This document shows, one piece after another, positions 1 through 9,240 of a DNA stretch of 64,000 bases. Below the pieces are notes generated by a model. That model ran no database searches, was not told where the DNA came from, and saw only the letters and a list, made by a program, of their open reading frames with translations. Positions within the stretch are counted from its first letter, which is position 1, and every line of letters begins with the position of its first letter. Source of the stretch: an uncultured Gammaproteobacteria bacterium. GTDB taxonomy: Bacteria; Patescibacteriota; Patescibacteriia; UBA9570; XYC2-FULL-38-9. Location: contig CAYFNF010000003.1 of the NCBI GenBank assembly GCA_964344485.1, positions 148,467-212,466 on the forward strand, in the 5' to 3' direction. A program made the translations under genes and the position numbers.

Positions 1-161
1 GCCCAGGAATGTATTCTCGGCAAGCGAAAAATTAACATCCTCTAATACTGGGTGCCCAGTGCTATAGGAGAACTGCACGTCTTGTATGGATACAATTTCT
101 TTAGATGTCATGGTAAATAGTATAGCACGTCTGGAAGAGTTGTGGCTCAGCGTGCAGGAGG

Positions 162-791
162 TTACTTCTTTTTTGCGGGTATGTTGTAGGTATAAACTTT
201 GTTGCGTAGTTTCTCTAGCTTCATCATCTGTTTTGGCGTGAGTTTCTCAAAGTATCGTCGGAATGGACGAATGGCATTACTGTGAGTGACCACCAACACA
301 TTCACTTGCTCTCGCCGCATATATTTTTCAAGATCCTTAATAAATGAATATACCCGCTTTTCAACTTGTTTCATGCTCTCTCCGCCTGGAGGTGGCACAT
401 CATAGGAACGGTGATAGATCGGAAATATCTCTGGATGCTCTCGCGCATACTTATCCTTATTCTTCTTAGTGAGCTTCCCATAATCTCGCTCGATAATCCG
501 TGGATCAACCAATACAGGTGTGTCTGGATGATGCTTAAGGATGAGCTTGCACGTATGCTTGGTTCTGACGAGTGGGGAGTGAAACGCCACATCGATTTTT
601 TTTGCTTGCAATTTCTTAGCCAATGCTTTTGCTTGTTTCACACCATTGGGTGTCAGGCGTAAATTAGACCAACCAGAAAAAAAGCGACGCTTATTATGAA
701 ACGACTCTGTATGCGTTACTACATATAGTTTGTGGTTCTTGTTGTTTGCGCGCATAGTTGTTCTTTTTTTACTCATACTAATATAAGGCAA
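162..791 (-). CDS. histidine phosphatase superfamily protein (phosphoglycerate mutase-like)
   Basis: N-terminal VVTHTES..RRF.GW.N..LT..G...A motif resembles RHG catalytic-His motif of branch-1 histidine phosphatases/GpmA; C-terminal VVTHSNAIR matches second conserved His region. Start uncertain (internal MRANN possible). Confidence 0.55.
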   Translation of the reverse strand: MPYISMSKKRTTMRANNKNHKLYVVTHTESFHNKRRFFSGWSNLRLTPNGVKQAKALAKKLQAKKIDVAFHSPLVRTKHTCKLILKHHPDTPVLVDPRIIERDYGKLTKKNKDKYAREHPEIFPIYHRSYDVPPPGGESMKQVEKRVYSFIKDLEKYMRREQVNVLVVTHSNAIRPFRRYFEKLTPKQMMKLEKLRNKVYTYNIPAKKK

Positions 792-1248
792 ACGGGCCTG
801 CTAATCGGATGTCGCCCGAGCTAATTCCATCAACAATGTAGTATTGGTCATTGCAGATAACTGCATAGCGGAACACCCATACCCCGTCTTCAACAGATCC
901 TTGGTAGAATCGAAAGAACTCCCGTTGCTCTGCTTCAATTTCTGGTTCCTGGCACTCGAATGAAGGGTTCATACCAATGAGGTTCTGCGTCAATACAATA
1001 CCATCTTCATAGTAACCGGTCATATCAACACCAACAAATCGATCTTCAGGTATCTGTTCACGCTGCGACGTATAGGAAAAAAAGCTATGCACAGAACTCT
1101 TCCACCAAAGGACACTGCTAGTTAGTACCACCGCGAGAAAAAACACAAGAATCAACACCGCCCACAGTTTTGGGTGGCTACTCTGATCTGGGTCAGTAGG
1201 TATTTCGCTGTTAACGTGAGGCTGGTGGTTCATAATTAATCGATCCAA
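778..1248 (-). CDS. hypothetical membrane-anchored protein (single N-terminal TM helix)
   Basis: ORF with hydrophobic segment LWAVLILVFFLAVVLTSSVLWW; no recognisable catalytic motif. Confidence 0.35.
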   Translation of the reverse strand: MDRLIMNHQPHVNSEIPTDPDQSSHPKLWAVLILVFFLAVVLTSSVLWWKSSVHSFFSYTSQREQIPEDRFVGVDMTGYYEDGIVLTQNLIGMNPSFECQEPEIEAEQREFFRFYQGSVEDGVWVFRYAVICNDQYYIVDGISSGDIRLAGPFALY

Positions 1249-1484
1249 TATTTAAGGTCTCCGAGCTCATCGTCTTCTTCATCGTCATCGTCAGTGAGAA
1301 TCTCTTGCACTCGACCGACCTGCCCGCTTTCTAGACGAACTTTGATACCGCGCGGATGCACTGCTTTACTAGTGAGAATATCCTTCACAATCCCGTGCGT
1401 TCTCTTGCCTGTTCGCTGGTCTTTTTTTAGTACGATCTCCACTTCATCACCAGCAGAGATATCTTGTCGTTGTGTGCCGTCCAT
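1236..1484 (-). CDS. YwbE/DUF2196-family small protein
   Basis: 82 aa; GDEVEIVLKKDQRTGKRTHGIVKDILT...HPRGIKVRLESGQVGRVQ closely matches Bacillus YwbE-type sequences; acidic C-terminal tail. Confidence 0.6.
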   Translation of the reverse strand: MDGTQRQDISAGDEVEIVLKKDQRTGKRTHGIVKDILTSKAVHPRGIKVRLESGQVGRVQEILTDDDDEEDDELGDLKYWID

Positions 1485-1575
1485 ATCCTGATCATACTGG
1501 ATTTAAGTGAAAATGCAAACGGTTTTGCTGTTATTATCGCTCGCTCACAGTCGCGGTTTGTGATACAATTCTTTC

Positions 1576-2040
1576 ATGAACCAATATATGAACATTGCGG
1601 TTAAAGAGGCGTTTCAAGGTATTCGTGCTGGACACGGAGGGCCGTTTGGAGCAGTAATTGTCTGTAATGGAGAAGTGATAGCACAGGACCATAACCGCGT
1701 GTTAGAAAGCAACGATCCATCAGCGCACGCAGAGATGTTAGTCATTCGACAAGCTGCGCAGAAACTAAATCGCTATGACCTCTCAGACTGTGAGCTCTAC
1801 GCTTCGTGCGAACCGTGCCCGATGTGTTTTGCAGTTATACACTGGGCGAAAATCACACAATGTTACTACGGCTGCACACGAGAAGACGCTGCACGCTCAC
1901 AGTTTGATGACAAGTACTTATACGATGTGATAAAAGGCACTACTACAGAACTGCGCGTGACCATGGAGCAGATGGACCATGACGCCTGCATCAAGCCGTT
2001 CCAAGAGTGGGACCAGATGGAAGATCGGGAGCAGTATTAA
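1576..2040 (+). CDS. guaD: guanine deaminase (CMP/dCMP deaminase zinc-binding fold)
   Basis: HAEM..(x)..CEPCPMC zinc motifs; overall very similar in length and sequence to B. subtilis GuaD (GGPFGAVIV.., NDP.AHAE.., LY.SCEPCPMC, FQ.W). Confidence 0.75.
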   Translation: MNQYMNIAVKEAFQGIRAGHGGPFGAVIVCNGEVIAQDHNRVLESNDPSAHAEMLVIRQAAQKLNRYDLSDCELYASCEPCPMCFAVIHWAKITQCYYGCTREDAARSQFDDKYLYDVIKGTTTELRVTMEQMDHDACIKPFQEWDQMEDREQY

Positions 2041-2132
2041 GTGAAGAACACTTTTAGAAAATGGTCGTAGCGAGACTTGAAAGGGAACGTATAGCGCAAA
2101 GGCACTTTTTATATATTATTACGAATGACCGC

Positions 2133-2651
2133 TTAACACTCCACGAGCTTGCTGTAAGTGGATCCAGTATGCGTAATATGTGATTCGTATAAGGCAATTT
2201 TTTGTGCAGTCATCTCCCATTCCACGTCCTGATGAAATGCAGAGTAATCGTATCCAGGTTGCAGCGGTTTTGTACAGCGCCCTAATGTGATGTGCGGTTT
2301 TAAGCTGCGGTGACTAGGTTTATCGAGTGCTTCTTCTACTAGCTCTTTCATTGCATAGATCTCTGGTGTTGCTGTGCCCGTTGCCCAGAGCAACCGAGGG
2401 TTACGGGGTGTTGGACCGAATTCAACAGCAGTAAAACGCAACGCGCAGGGCTGTACGGCTCCACGAATCTGCTCCATCATACTCACTACTTCTAACTCTT
2501 CGCGCTCCTCCCACGGTGGAATCAGCGTAATATGAAGATCACTGCTTCGTAACCAGCGCACTGGTAGGCTGGAAACATTTTTTTCCCACTCAACAATTTG
2601 TTGTTCTAAGTCTGATGATATCGGAATCCCGACAAATAATCGTTTTTGCAT
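2133..2651 (-). CDS. thpR: RNA 2',3'-cyclic phosphodiesterase / 2'-5' RNA ligase family (2H phosphoesterase, ThpR/LigT)
   Basis: Two H-x-T-L motifs (LHITL, PHITL) about 85 aa apart, typical 2H fold; about 170 aa. Confidence 0.7.
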   Translation of the reverse strand: MQKRLFVGIPISSDLEQQIVEWEKNVSSLPVRWLRSSDLHITLIPPWEEREELEVVSMMEQIRGAVQPCALRFTAVEFGPTPRNPRLLWATGTATPEIYAMKELVEEALDKPSHRSLKPHITLGRCTKPLQPGYDYSAFHQDVEWEMTAQKIALYESHITHTGSTYSKLVEC

Positions 2652-2663
2652 GACTGTATATTA

Positions 2664-3467
2664 TTACACAGCGATGTCTCGTTTCTGGAATACCCACGCT
2701 CCTATTATCGTACACACGACGGCTGCGATAGAAAAAACTACGAGAGAAGTGAAGTTAAATTCATTCTGTGTCATCGCAGCAGCATGATCGTAATAGTAGA
2801 AGAACGAGATGTACTGTAAGTTTTCTGCTTTTTCAATAAGCGCCGCAGCGATATTGGCAACGTACATGAGAAACAGAATCGCCCCACAAAACATATACGC
2901 TCGACTGCGTTCTGAAGAGATCGCAGAGAACATACTTGCCATACTAAACACCGCCCAACCGAGTAACATGGAAAGCGCTGCGATCTTTACATGGGGCCCA
3001 ATATGATACTCCACACCATGAAACTGAACAAAGAGAATCACTGAAAACACCGATGCATTGACGAACACTGCTATGGCTACTAGCCCCGCGATGTAGCGTC
3101 CGAAATATAATCGTAGTCGCGATATAGGTTTTGCTAGGATATGCTCAATGGTCCCTTTCTCTACTTCACGCGCAAGTGTTGCTCCAGCAAATGAAACCAC
3201 GAAGAAGATCACCATCAGCGGCATAATGATGCTGTAATTCTCAACATCCAGGAAATTCTCCAGCGTTTCAAAACTGATGTCCTCAATGTCAAACATCTTC
3301 ATCATCGCTTCTGGGTAGTTCTCGACCATCTTTTGAAACTCCTCAGCTTGATCTAGAAACGAAGGATAGATCGCAACAAACATCCAGGTAAACAACATGC
3401 CAGCAAAACAGTAGGCCAGGATGGATGTCTTTTTATCTATGAGGGTTCTGATGATTATTTGAAACAT
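2664..3467 (-). CDS. ABC-2 type transporter permease
   Basis: About 6 predicted TM helices, immediately downstream (1-nt gap) of ABC ATPase gene; typical ABC-2 exporter pairing. Confidence 0.6.
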   Translation of the reverse strand: MFQIIIRTLIDKKTSILAYCFAGMLFTWMFVAIYPSFLDQAEEFQKMVENYPEAMMKMFDIEDISFETLENFLDVENYSIIMPLMVIFFVVSFAGATLAREVEKGTIEHILAKPISRLRLYFGRYIAGLVAIAVFVNASVFSVILFVQFHGVEYHIGPHVKIAALSMLLGWAVFSMASMFSAISSERSRAYMFCGAILFLMYVANIAAALIEKAENLQYISFFYYYDHAAAMTQNEFNFTSLVVFSIAAVVCTIIGAWVFQKRDIAV

Positions 3468-3468
3468 A

Positions 3469-4338
3469 CTAGGAATAGAATTCTAAGAATATATCTTCAA
3501 GATTTGCGTGAGTAATTTCCACATCATCGAATTGATAGTTGCATAGTTTGTCTAGGAGCGGATTGATGTCGCCTTTTACTGTCATCTCTAAACCATTAGT
3601 GATCTGTTGAACAGATGAAATGCCGTCACCCTGAAAGTCGCTTTGTGGTAGCTCTTGTTTTGAAAACAAACGCACCGTGTACATGAGCTTCTCTTTAATG
3701 GACGAAACACTTTCCACCGCCACCATCTTGCCTTGCTTTATTATTCCAATGCGGTCGCAGACACGTTCGACCTCCCGTAAGTTATGCGACGACATAAAGA
3801 TGGTCGCGCCGCGTGCACGTGCTTCTTCCAATAAGTCGTATACTTCGTTTTGCAGTATTGGATCCAGGGCGTTTGTGGGTTCGTCAAATATCAAGACATC
3901 GGGTTCGTTCATCATGGCTAAAATAATGCCGAGCTTCTGCCTGTTACCAGACGAGAGTTTCTTTGCTTTCAGGGACGTATCGAAGTCTAAACGTTTCACT
4001 AGCTGATCTGCGACATTGGTTTTGCCGTTCAGTTTACTGAAGAAATCTATATGTGTTTTACCCGTCCATTTATCGTAGAGCCGTACTGTACCCGAGAGGT
4101 AACCGACCTGATGCTTTAATGCAACAGATTCTTTTTGAGCGTTTTTATCAAGGATAGATATCTCTCCTTTAGTTGGACGGATATAATCCATCATACAGCG
4201 AATGGTAGTGGTCTTCCCTGCTCCGTTCGGACCAAGGAATCCGAAGATCTCTCCTTTTTCTACTTGAAAAGAGATACCGTCGACAGCTTTAATTTTGCCG
4301 AAGTGCTTATGAAGATCTGATAGTGATATAACGCTCAT
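3469..4338 (-). CDS. ABC transporter ATP-binding protein
   Basis: Walker A GPNGAGKTT, ABC signature LSSGNRQKL, Walker B LIFDEPTNALD, H-loop. Confidence 0.85.
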   Translation of the reverse strand: MSVISLSDLHKHFGKIKAVDGISFQVEKGEIFGFLGPNGAGKTTTIRCMMDYIRPTKGEISILDKNAQKESVALKHQVGYLSGTVRLYDKWTGKTHIDFFSKLNGKTNVADQLVKRLDFDTSLKAKKLSSGNRQKLGIILAMMNEPDVLIFDEPTNALDPILQNEVYDLLEEARARGATIFMSSHNLREVERVCDRIGIIKQGKMVAVESVSSIKEKLMYTVRLFSKQELPQSDFQGDGISSVQQITNGLEMTVKGDINPLLDKLCNYQFDDVEITHANLEDIFLEFYS

Positions 4339-4389
4339 ACTGTGGGTACTATAACAAAAAAATGAATTAAAAAAAAGGGCGATCTGGAA

Positions 4390-4914
4390 CTACACGGTGT
4401 CGCGGAAGGTCTCTTGCGGCTGATCGATCCACGGGCACTCACCGCTGGCGTCTGTTGCCACGAACTGCGCGTGGACGTCCGGTTCGACCGTTGAGGTCTG
4501 CTTGTGCCACAGGACAGCGAGCGTGATCTCGTCGCGTGGGATACTCTCCCAGTCAGCAAGCCACTGCAGGGTGCGTTCCGTGGTCAGACCCGAGTCCGTC
4601 AGGTCATCGACCAGAATCACTCCAGCGCGCCGAAGCGGTTTGGCTGAAGTGAGGTCGCGGCTGAGCATGACCTCGCGCTGCTTCTGGTCCCCGTCCGGGT
4701 AGCTGGAGACCGAGAGCACGGCCAGCGGAAGACCGAGCGTACGAGCGATCAGCTCACCGGGCAGCATGCCGCCCTTGGCGATGCAGATCACCTGCTGGAA
4801 CTCGATTCCGCTCTCGCGAAGCTTCCGGATCAGGGTCCGGACCAGCTCGAAGTATGCGTCCCAGGTCACGTGTATTCGCGGGTGTTCGTCTGACATGATG
4901 GTTCCGTCCTCCAA
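4390..4914 (-). CDS. gpt: xanthine-guanine phosphoribosyltransferase-like (type I PRTase)
   Basis: Collinear similarity to E. coli Gpt: VTWD, I..GG(M/L)LPG.L.AR.LG, SSY....Q.E, PRPP-binding VILVDDLTDSGLT, C-terminal WIDQP. CDS is about 60% GC, far above flanks. Confidence 0.7.
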   Translation of the reverse strand: MEDGTIMSDEHPRIHVTWDAYFELVRTLIRKLRESGIEFQQVICIAKGGMLPGELIARTLGLPLAVLSVSSYPDGDQKQREVMLSRDLTSAKPLRRAGVILVDDLTDSGLTTERTLQWLADWESIPRDEITLAVLWHKQTSTVEPDVHAQFVATDASGECPWIDQPQETFRDTV

Positions 4915-4975
4915 TTAGTTTTGCCCGTTTCTATTGTACAACAAAAACAGTTTTTTTAGTATGTAGGGCTATAAA

Positions 4976-5893
4976 TTAATTTACCGTATAATCTGCGAAC
5001 TCGGGCTCTCGGATGAATTCAACATGAGCCAGGTTGCCGACTCCTGTTTCCTGGTCCTGACGAATCATGCGCTCTAGATGTGGAATAATGCTCTCTGGAT
5101 AAAAACGAATCGCGCTTAAACTATTTCTCAGCACATCGGATAAACGCACAGTTGCGTTTCCGGTCTCTTGAAAAGAAGGATCAATATGCTGGATTAATTG
5201 TTCGAGTAAACCGCGGAGGTGAGCCTCTGCTCGTCGCATGTTTTCCACTTCATCGTCTCGTAATTGTATTTTTCCACTATGTATCAATTCCATAATATGA
5301 CTGGAAAGAACACCGAATAGATGTGGATTCTCCATTTCAAGTTTATAGTAGCGATGAGATCCACCTTGTTCATCAGTAACCAAGAACTGTATTTCATCCA
5401 TAGGGTACTCTCTGACTCCTGCTTTGCTCATCAAGTTTGGCATTGCGAGAACACGATCCTGGTCCCCAATGCTTGCAGTGAGCTCTTTGACTAGTCGATC
5501 AATCTCAGGAGCAGAACGATCCAATACAGTTGTGCGGTCCCCAGAATACTCCGTGCCAGGTTGTTCTCGTTGAATGACAAGCTTTCGATCAAGCACCGCG
5601 TTGTTCACCGTACGCCCAACAAAGTAATCTACTTGTGTTCTATCCAACGTACGTAGTAAGCTCGTGCGGTTATAACGCTTTCCTAGTGTTGGTGTTCGTA
5701 GCTGATCATACGTACCTTGCGAGAACTCCCGTTGCGGTTCACGTGTGAGTAAATGCTGTAGGTATCGCTCGGAACGTTCGACTGTTTGTCCTTCTTTTAG
5801 TTTCTCTTCTCTCAACCGCGCAACAAAACCTGGATCATCGCGTAAGCGCGGATCTTGCCATCCTCCCCTTTGATATAACGGCCTACCTGGCAT
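4976..5893 (-). CDS. hypothetical protein (305 aa, no recognised domain)
   Basis: Long intact ORF with native-like composition; no motif identified by eye. Confidence 0.4.
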   Translation of the reverse strand: MPGRPLYQRGGWQDPRLRDDPGFVARLREEKLKEGQTVERSERYLQHLLTREPQREFSQGTYDQLRTPTLGKRYNRTSLLRTLDRTQVDYFVGRTVNNAVLDRKLVIQREQPGTEYSGDRTTVLDRSAPEIDRLVKELTASIGDQDRVLAMPNLMSKAGVREYPMDEIQFLVTDEQGGSHRYYKLEMENPHLFGVLSSHIMELIHSGKIQLRDDEVENMRRAEAHLRGLLEQLIQHIDPSFQETGNATVRLSDVLRNSLSAIRFYPESIIPHLERMIRQDQETGVGNLAHVEFIREPEFADYTVN

Positions 5894-5951
5894 TGTTGTA
5901 TTATACTACTATCTGTCTCTATTCTGGGTCTGAATTACTGCTTTGTCAATA

Positions 5952-5980
5952 TTGACAGCTTTTACTACGTGATATATAGT
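5952..5980 (+). promoter_or_regulatory. sigma-70-like promoter (TTGACA, 17-bp spacer, TATAGT)
   Basis: Perfect -35 hexamer and 5/6 -10 hexamer with 17-bp spacing in an AT-rich intergenic region; followed about 100 nt later by an intrinsic terminator. Confidence 0.45.
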
Positions 5981-6068
5981 ACTCGCAACATGAAGAACCA
6001 CGTATACAACGCTACAGTAACAACTACCCACCTTATGTGAGGCGTTGTTTAGTTTGTATCAATACCCT

Positions 6069-6093
6069 AGCGCCTCACTCGAGGCGCTTTTTG
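6069..6093 (+). terminator. rho-independent terminator (8-bp GC-rich stem AGCGCCTC/GAGGCGCT + TTTTT)
   Basis: Perfect inverted repeat with 4-nt loop followed by T-run; no upstream + strand CDS, so terminates a short transcript from the 5952 promoter. Confidence 0.5.
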
Positions 6094-6263
6094 ATTATTT
6101 ATTCATTATGAACTTTCTCTTTTTTCAATCAACTACTACACCGTTATTGCTCTTCTTCCTCACTGGAACAGTGCCGTAATTAGTGTTGTGTAGTTGAAAG
6201 GAAGAAGAGCGCGGTCCGAATGGGCCGTGTTTTTGTTCTTTTGAATGTAAAGGAGGAATTCCA

Positions 6264-7232
6264 ATGTATGGAATTGAAGCAGAGTATCTGATGACGAGTC
6301 ATCGCATCCAAGATGTGCTCAAGCTGCAGCTCCCGGGCGTGACCGCCGAGTTCTTCGACTTCATGGTCGAGATCATCACGGATCCGCACGCGCGTGCACG
6401 TCAGGCTGTGGACCAGCTGGAGCGTCGGGTGCAAAGAATGCGTCGACGAGGTGTGGAGCTCGAGCAGTGGGCGTCCTTCCCGGACCGAGTTCAGCCGATT
6501 ACGTTCACGGACGTGGTCGCAGACAGCCCGTACTACCGCTGGGTCTATGACCAAGCGTGTAGATTCACGGGTCATGAGCCGCTGGACCTGCACCATGTGG
6601 GCATGCACCTGAACTACTCGTGCTCGGACATGAGCGAAAACGAGCTGGTGCACGCGGTGAACTGGTGTCGGTGCATGAACTTCTTGTTCATCCTGTTCTC
6701 AGCAAACTCACCGTTCCAGAATGGGCAGTCCTGCGGGCTACTGTCACGACGGTCATATCAGTACCCCAACCGATACGACGTCCCGCTGTGGGAAAGCGCC
6801 GTCGCGTTCAAGCGCTGGATCCAGGAGCAAGAAGCGTTGTATCGCATCTACCCTGGAAAAGGTCGCTGCTGGATGACGGTCTGCCCGCGCTTAGAGGATA
6901 ATGATTTCCGCAAACCGATTCAACGGATCGAACTGCGATCGTTAGACTCAGGCACCAATGTCCGCTTCGGTGTTGTGCACGGGTGCTGCAAGCTACTCGA
7001 GCGCATTGTCTTGCGCGCACGCCAAGGAGCGCCCCTGCCAGCGCAACTGAACGAACTGCAGCACAACGATCGAGAGGTCTCGCGGCTCGGAGCAAGCGCA
7101 TGGGTACGCTTGAATGGGCAAGAGTTCTGCGTGCAGCAGCTCGCTGAACAATGGGCAGCGGGTATCGACACGCTGGAGCAGATATTAACGCACGGATGCG
7201 CAGCACAATCGTCCTTGCGCTACTGCGTTTAA
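6264..7232 (+). CDS. GCS2-family carboxylate-amine ligase (glutamate-cysteine ligase family 2 / YbdK-like amidoligase), tentative
   Basis: N-terminal GIEAEY (GxExE[FY] hallmark of GCS2/YbdK), about 320 aa, internal His-rich HHVGMH; strong AAGGAGG RBS 8 nt upstream; CDS about 60% GC. Confidence 0.45.
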   Translation: MYGIEAEYLMTSHRIQDVLKLQLPGVTAEFFDFMVEIITDPHARARQAVDQLERRVQRMRRRGVELEQWASFPDRVQPITFTDVVADSPYYRWVYDQACRFTGHEPLDLHHVGMHLNYSCSDMSENELVHAVNWCRCMNFLFILFSANSPFQNGQSCGLLSRRSYQYPNRYDVPLWESAVAFKRWIQEQEALYRIYPGKGRCWMTVCPRLEDNDFRKPIQRIELRSLDSGTNVRFGVVHGCCKLLERIVLRARQGAPLPAQLNELQHNDREVSRLGASAWVRLNGQEFCVQQLAEQWAAGIDTLEQILTHGCAAQSSLRYCV

Positions 7233-7327
7233 CTCTCTGCAACACAAAGAGAACATGGTCTAGTATGAGCCACACATCATACTTTTTTTCTTTCTTCTAA
7301 ACTGCGCCTACGAATAATAAAACGGTA

Positions 7328-8551
7328 TTATTTCATTCTGAACTTCTTCCATGGGCTCCACTTGCTCCACCCAGCATCATTGCCGCATCGCACTCTGAAA
7401 CGATAGTACTGTTTACTCTTCACGAATTTCTTTGACTTTTTCAGAAATTTTGAATTAGTAGTAAGTCCTTTAAACTTTTTCACAGATGTAAATTTCCCGT
7501 TTGCTTTCTTTTTTTGTAACACTGCTTGATAGGTATCGGCATTTGCTTTCGCTTTCCACCACAACTTTGCTGACTTCTTCTTTTTCTTTTTCACTTTCAG
7601 ATGCTTCTTTTTCTTGATCTTGCTTGGTGCAGTGAGTTCATTAATTGTAAAATTTGCTAATGCATAATCTTCTGCTGAATCTGCTGCGCCATCAGTGGTC
7701 ATAGCAACACTATGCGCTCCGGCAATCCCAGCAACAGCATCACTGATCAATAAATCATACGCATCTTCATTACTTTTAGCTACGTCGGTAAGGACCTCAC
7801 AACTGAGTACAGAATTCTGACTGAGGTCATACGTTAAAATCTCATCTAAAGTGCCTTTAGAATTGTCTATAGTTGCATCAGTTAGATCCCACCCTGATTC
7901 ACTAGGCGATTTATTCTCTGCAACAAACACAATGCTTAGCTCTTCTCCGCTAGATAATCCACGGCTAAGCGTAAAATAGAGTTCTAGATCCAGTGTAGAG
8001 CCGGCGGTTGCCTCAGTTGGAGAAACTGATAACGAACCTACGGCATTTCCAAGGCCTTGGATGGACACAGTATCATCAGTCATGGTTGCATTCGCACTTT
8101 CACTCAGAGGCTGCGTTGTAACTCCAAAGCGAATTGACGTTGCCTCATCAGGATTCACCGCATCTGCTAGGGTGACGGTATACTTGTCTGCGGGGAGTTT
8201 TGCGGATAACGTTAATACAGTGCCCCTGCCATCAAGCACTGGTGAAAAAATAAAATTGGAGTTGCCAATAGATCCCTCTGATGAAGGAACCACATTTTGT
8301 AAATTTACATACTCCGGACCGTCGTCTTCTGTAGAGAAAATTGAGATAGTTGAACCGCTGGGTAGATCTACGTTAGTAGTGACGGCGATAGTATACGTCT
8401 CGGTTTCCCCAGCAATAGAAGCTGTTGGTGCAGCGGATACTTCTGATATATTTGCATCTTCCGTTCCTTGCATGCTAAATGCTTGCGCAGATGATGGCGC
8501 GTACACCAGGACTGCTGCGATAGCGAGTGTAAGCAAGATTGTTTTTTTCAT
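7328..8551 (-). CDS. secreted protein with Sec signal peptide, Ser/Thr-rich beta-rich body and Lys-rich C-terminal tail with FN3-like end
   Basis: MKKTILLTLAIAAVLVYAPSSAQA signal; C-terminal KKKKHLKVKKKKKK...YYRFRVRCGNDAGWSKWSP. Confidence 0.5.
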   Translation of the reverse strand: MKKTILLTLAIAAVLVYAPSSAQAFSMQGTEDANISEVSAAPTASIAGETETYTIAVTTNVDLPSGSTISIFSTEDDGPEYVNLQNVVPSSEGSIGNSNFIFSPVLDGRGTVLTLSAKLPADKYTVTLADAVNPDEATSIRFGVTTQPLSESANATMTDDTVSIQGLGNAVGSLSVSPTEATAGSTLDLELYFTLSRGLSSGEELSIVFVAENKSPSESGWDLTDATIDNSKGTLDEILTYDLSQNSVLSCEVLTDVAKSNEDAYDLLISDAVAGIAGAHSVAMTTDGAADSAEDYALANFTINELTAPSKIKKKKHLKVKKKKKKSAKLWWKAKANADTYQAVLQKKKANGKFTSVKKFKGLTTNSKFLKKSKKFVKSKQYYRFRVRCGNDAGWSKWSPWKKFRMK

Positions 8552-8612
8552 ATGTATTCTTTATTGATTAAGTGTATAGTATAACAGAAAGCAATGCTTA
8601 AAAAAAGCTGCG

Positions 8613-9020
8613 CTATTTCATATTATACGATGCCTGGAGCCAGGATAATAATTCTTTATTAATGTCTTTCTTGCTTTTCAAATCAAGACAGATTTTATAG
8701 CTCTTTGCGGACAAAGGAACTACAGCTTTTATTCTTTGCTTGGCGATCTTCTGACTATAAATAAACCGGATCTCTAATCGGTCTTTTTTTGGTAGCGCTG
8801 CGAGAAAATCGAATGTGCCGAATAGGTGTACGCAACAAGGAATGGAAATAATCTTGCACTTTCCAATTTTACTGTTTATCTCCTTTACCAAATAATTAAA
8901 AAGCTCTTGGGCCACTGTTTTGTTCTTGAAATGCTCTTTGACATCTAGTCTTTGGCAGGTGTGTGGTTGTTTCGCTCTACGAAAAATACGTTCGCATTTA
9001 GGGCAGGTCCACATAAACAA
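8613..9020 (-). CDS. hypothetical protein with N-terminal zinc-ribbon-like motif (CPKC...HTC)
   Basis: 135 aa, WTCPKCERIF..QPHTC; basic. Confidence 0.35.
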   Translation of the reverse strand: MFMWTCPKCERIFRRAKQPHTCQRLDVKEHFKNKTVAQELFNYLVKEINSKIGKCKIISIPCCVHLFGTFDFLAALPKKDRLEIRFIYSQKIAKQRIKAVVPLSAKSYKICLDLKSKKDINKELLSWLQASYNMK

Positions 9021-9070
9021 TTGCTCGTTTTACGGATTATTATTCTCAGTATATCATTTTTGTGCCATAT

Positions 9071-9096
9071 AAAAAACAGGGCGAGTCCCTGCTTTT
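9071..9096 (-). terminator. intrinsic terminator downstream of tRNA-Asn (CAGGG-CGAGU-CCCUG + U6 on minus strand)
   Basis: Perfect 5-bp GC stem, 5-nt loop, A6/T6 runs on either side (bidirectional-looking). Confidence 0.5.
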
Positions 9097-9101
9097 ATCT
9101 G

Positions 9102-9173
9102 CTCCGGGGGTGAGATTCGAACTCACGACCAATCGGTTAACAGCCGACTGCTCTACCACTGAGCTACCCCGGA
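9102..9173 (-). tRNA. tRNA-Asn (anticodon GTT)
   Basis: Reverse complement folds as canonical cloverleaf: acceptor TCCGGGG/CCCCGGA, D-arm GCTCAGTGGTAGAGC, anticodon loop CTGTTAA, T-loop TTCGAAT; CCA not encoded. Confidence 0.85.
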
Positions 9174-9240
9174 ATAATTCCTTTCTAAAAGAACACGGAC
9201 ATGAGTATATCGTACTCTTTTTTAAACGTCAATAGACTCT

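Noticed and set aside
6180-7275. Antisense ORFs 6180..6653, 6808..7275, 6920..7171 within GC-rich amidoligase-like gene
   Set aside because: High-GC regions spawn long spurious ORFs in all frames; sense ORF has RBS and family motif.
8061-8567. 168-aa + strand ORF inside secreted-protein gene 7328..8551
   Set aside because: Antisense to a better-supported signal-peptide protein; Ser/Val-rich composition typical of reverse-frame artefact.
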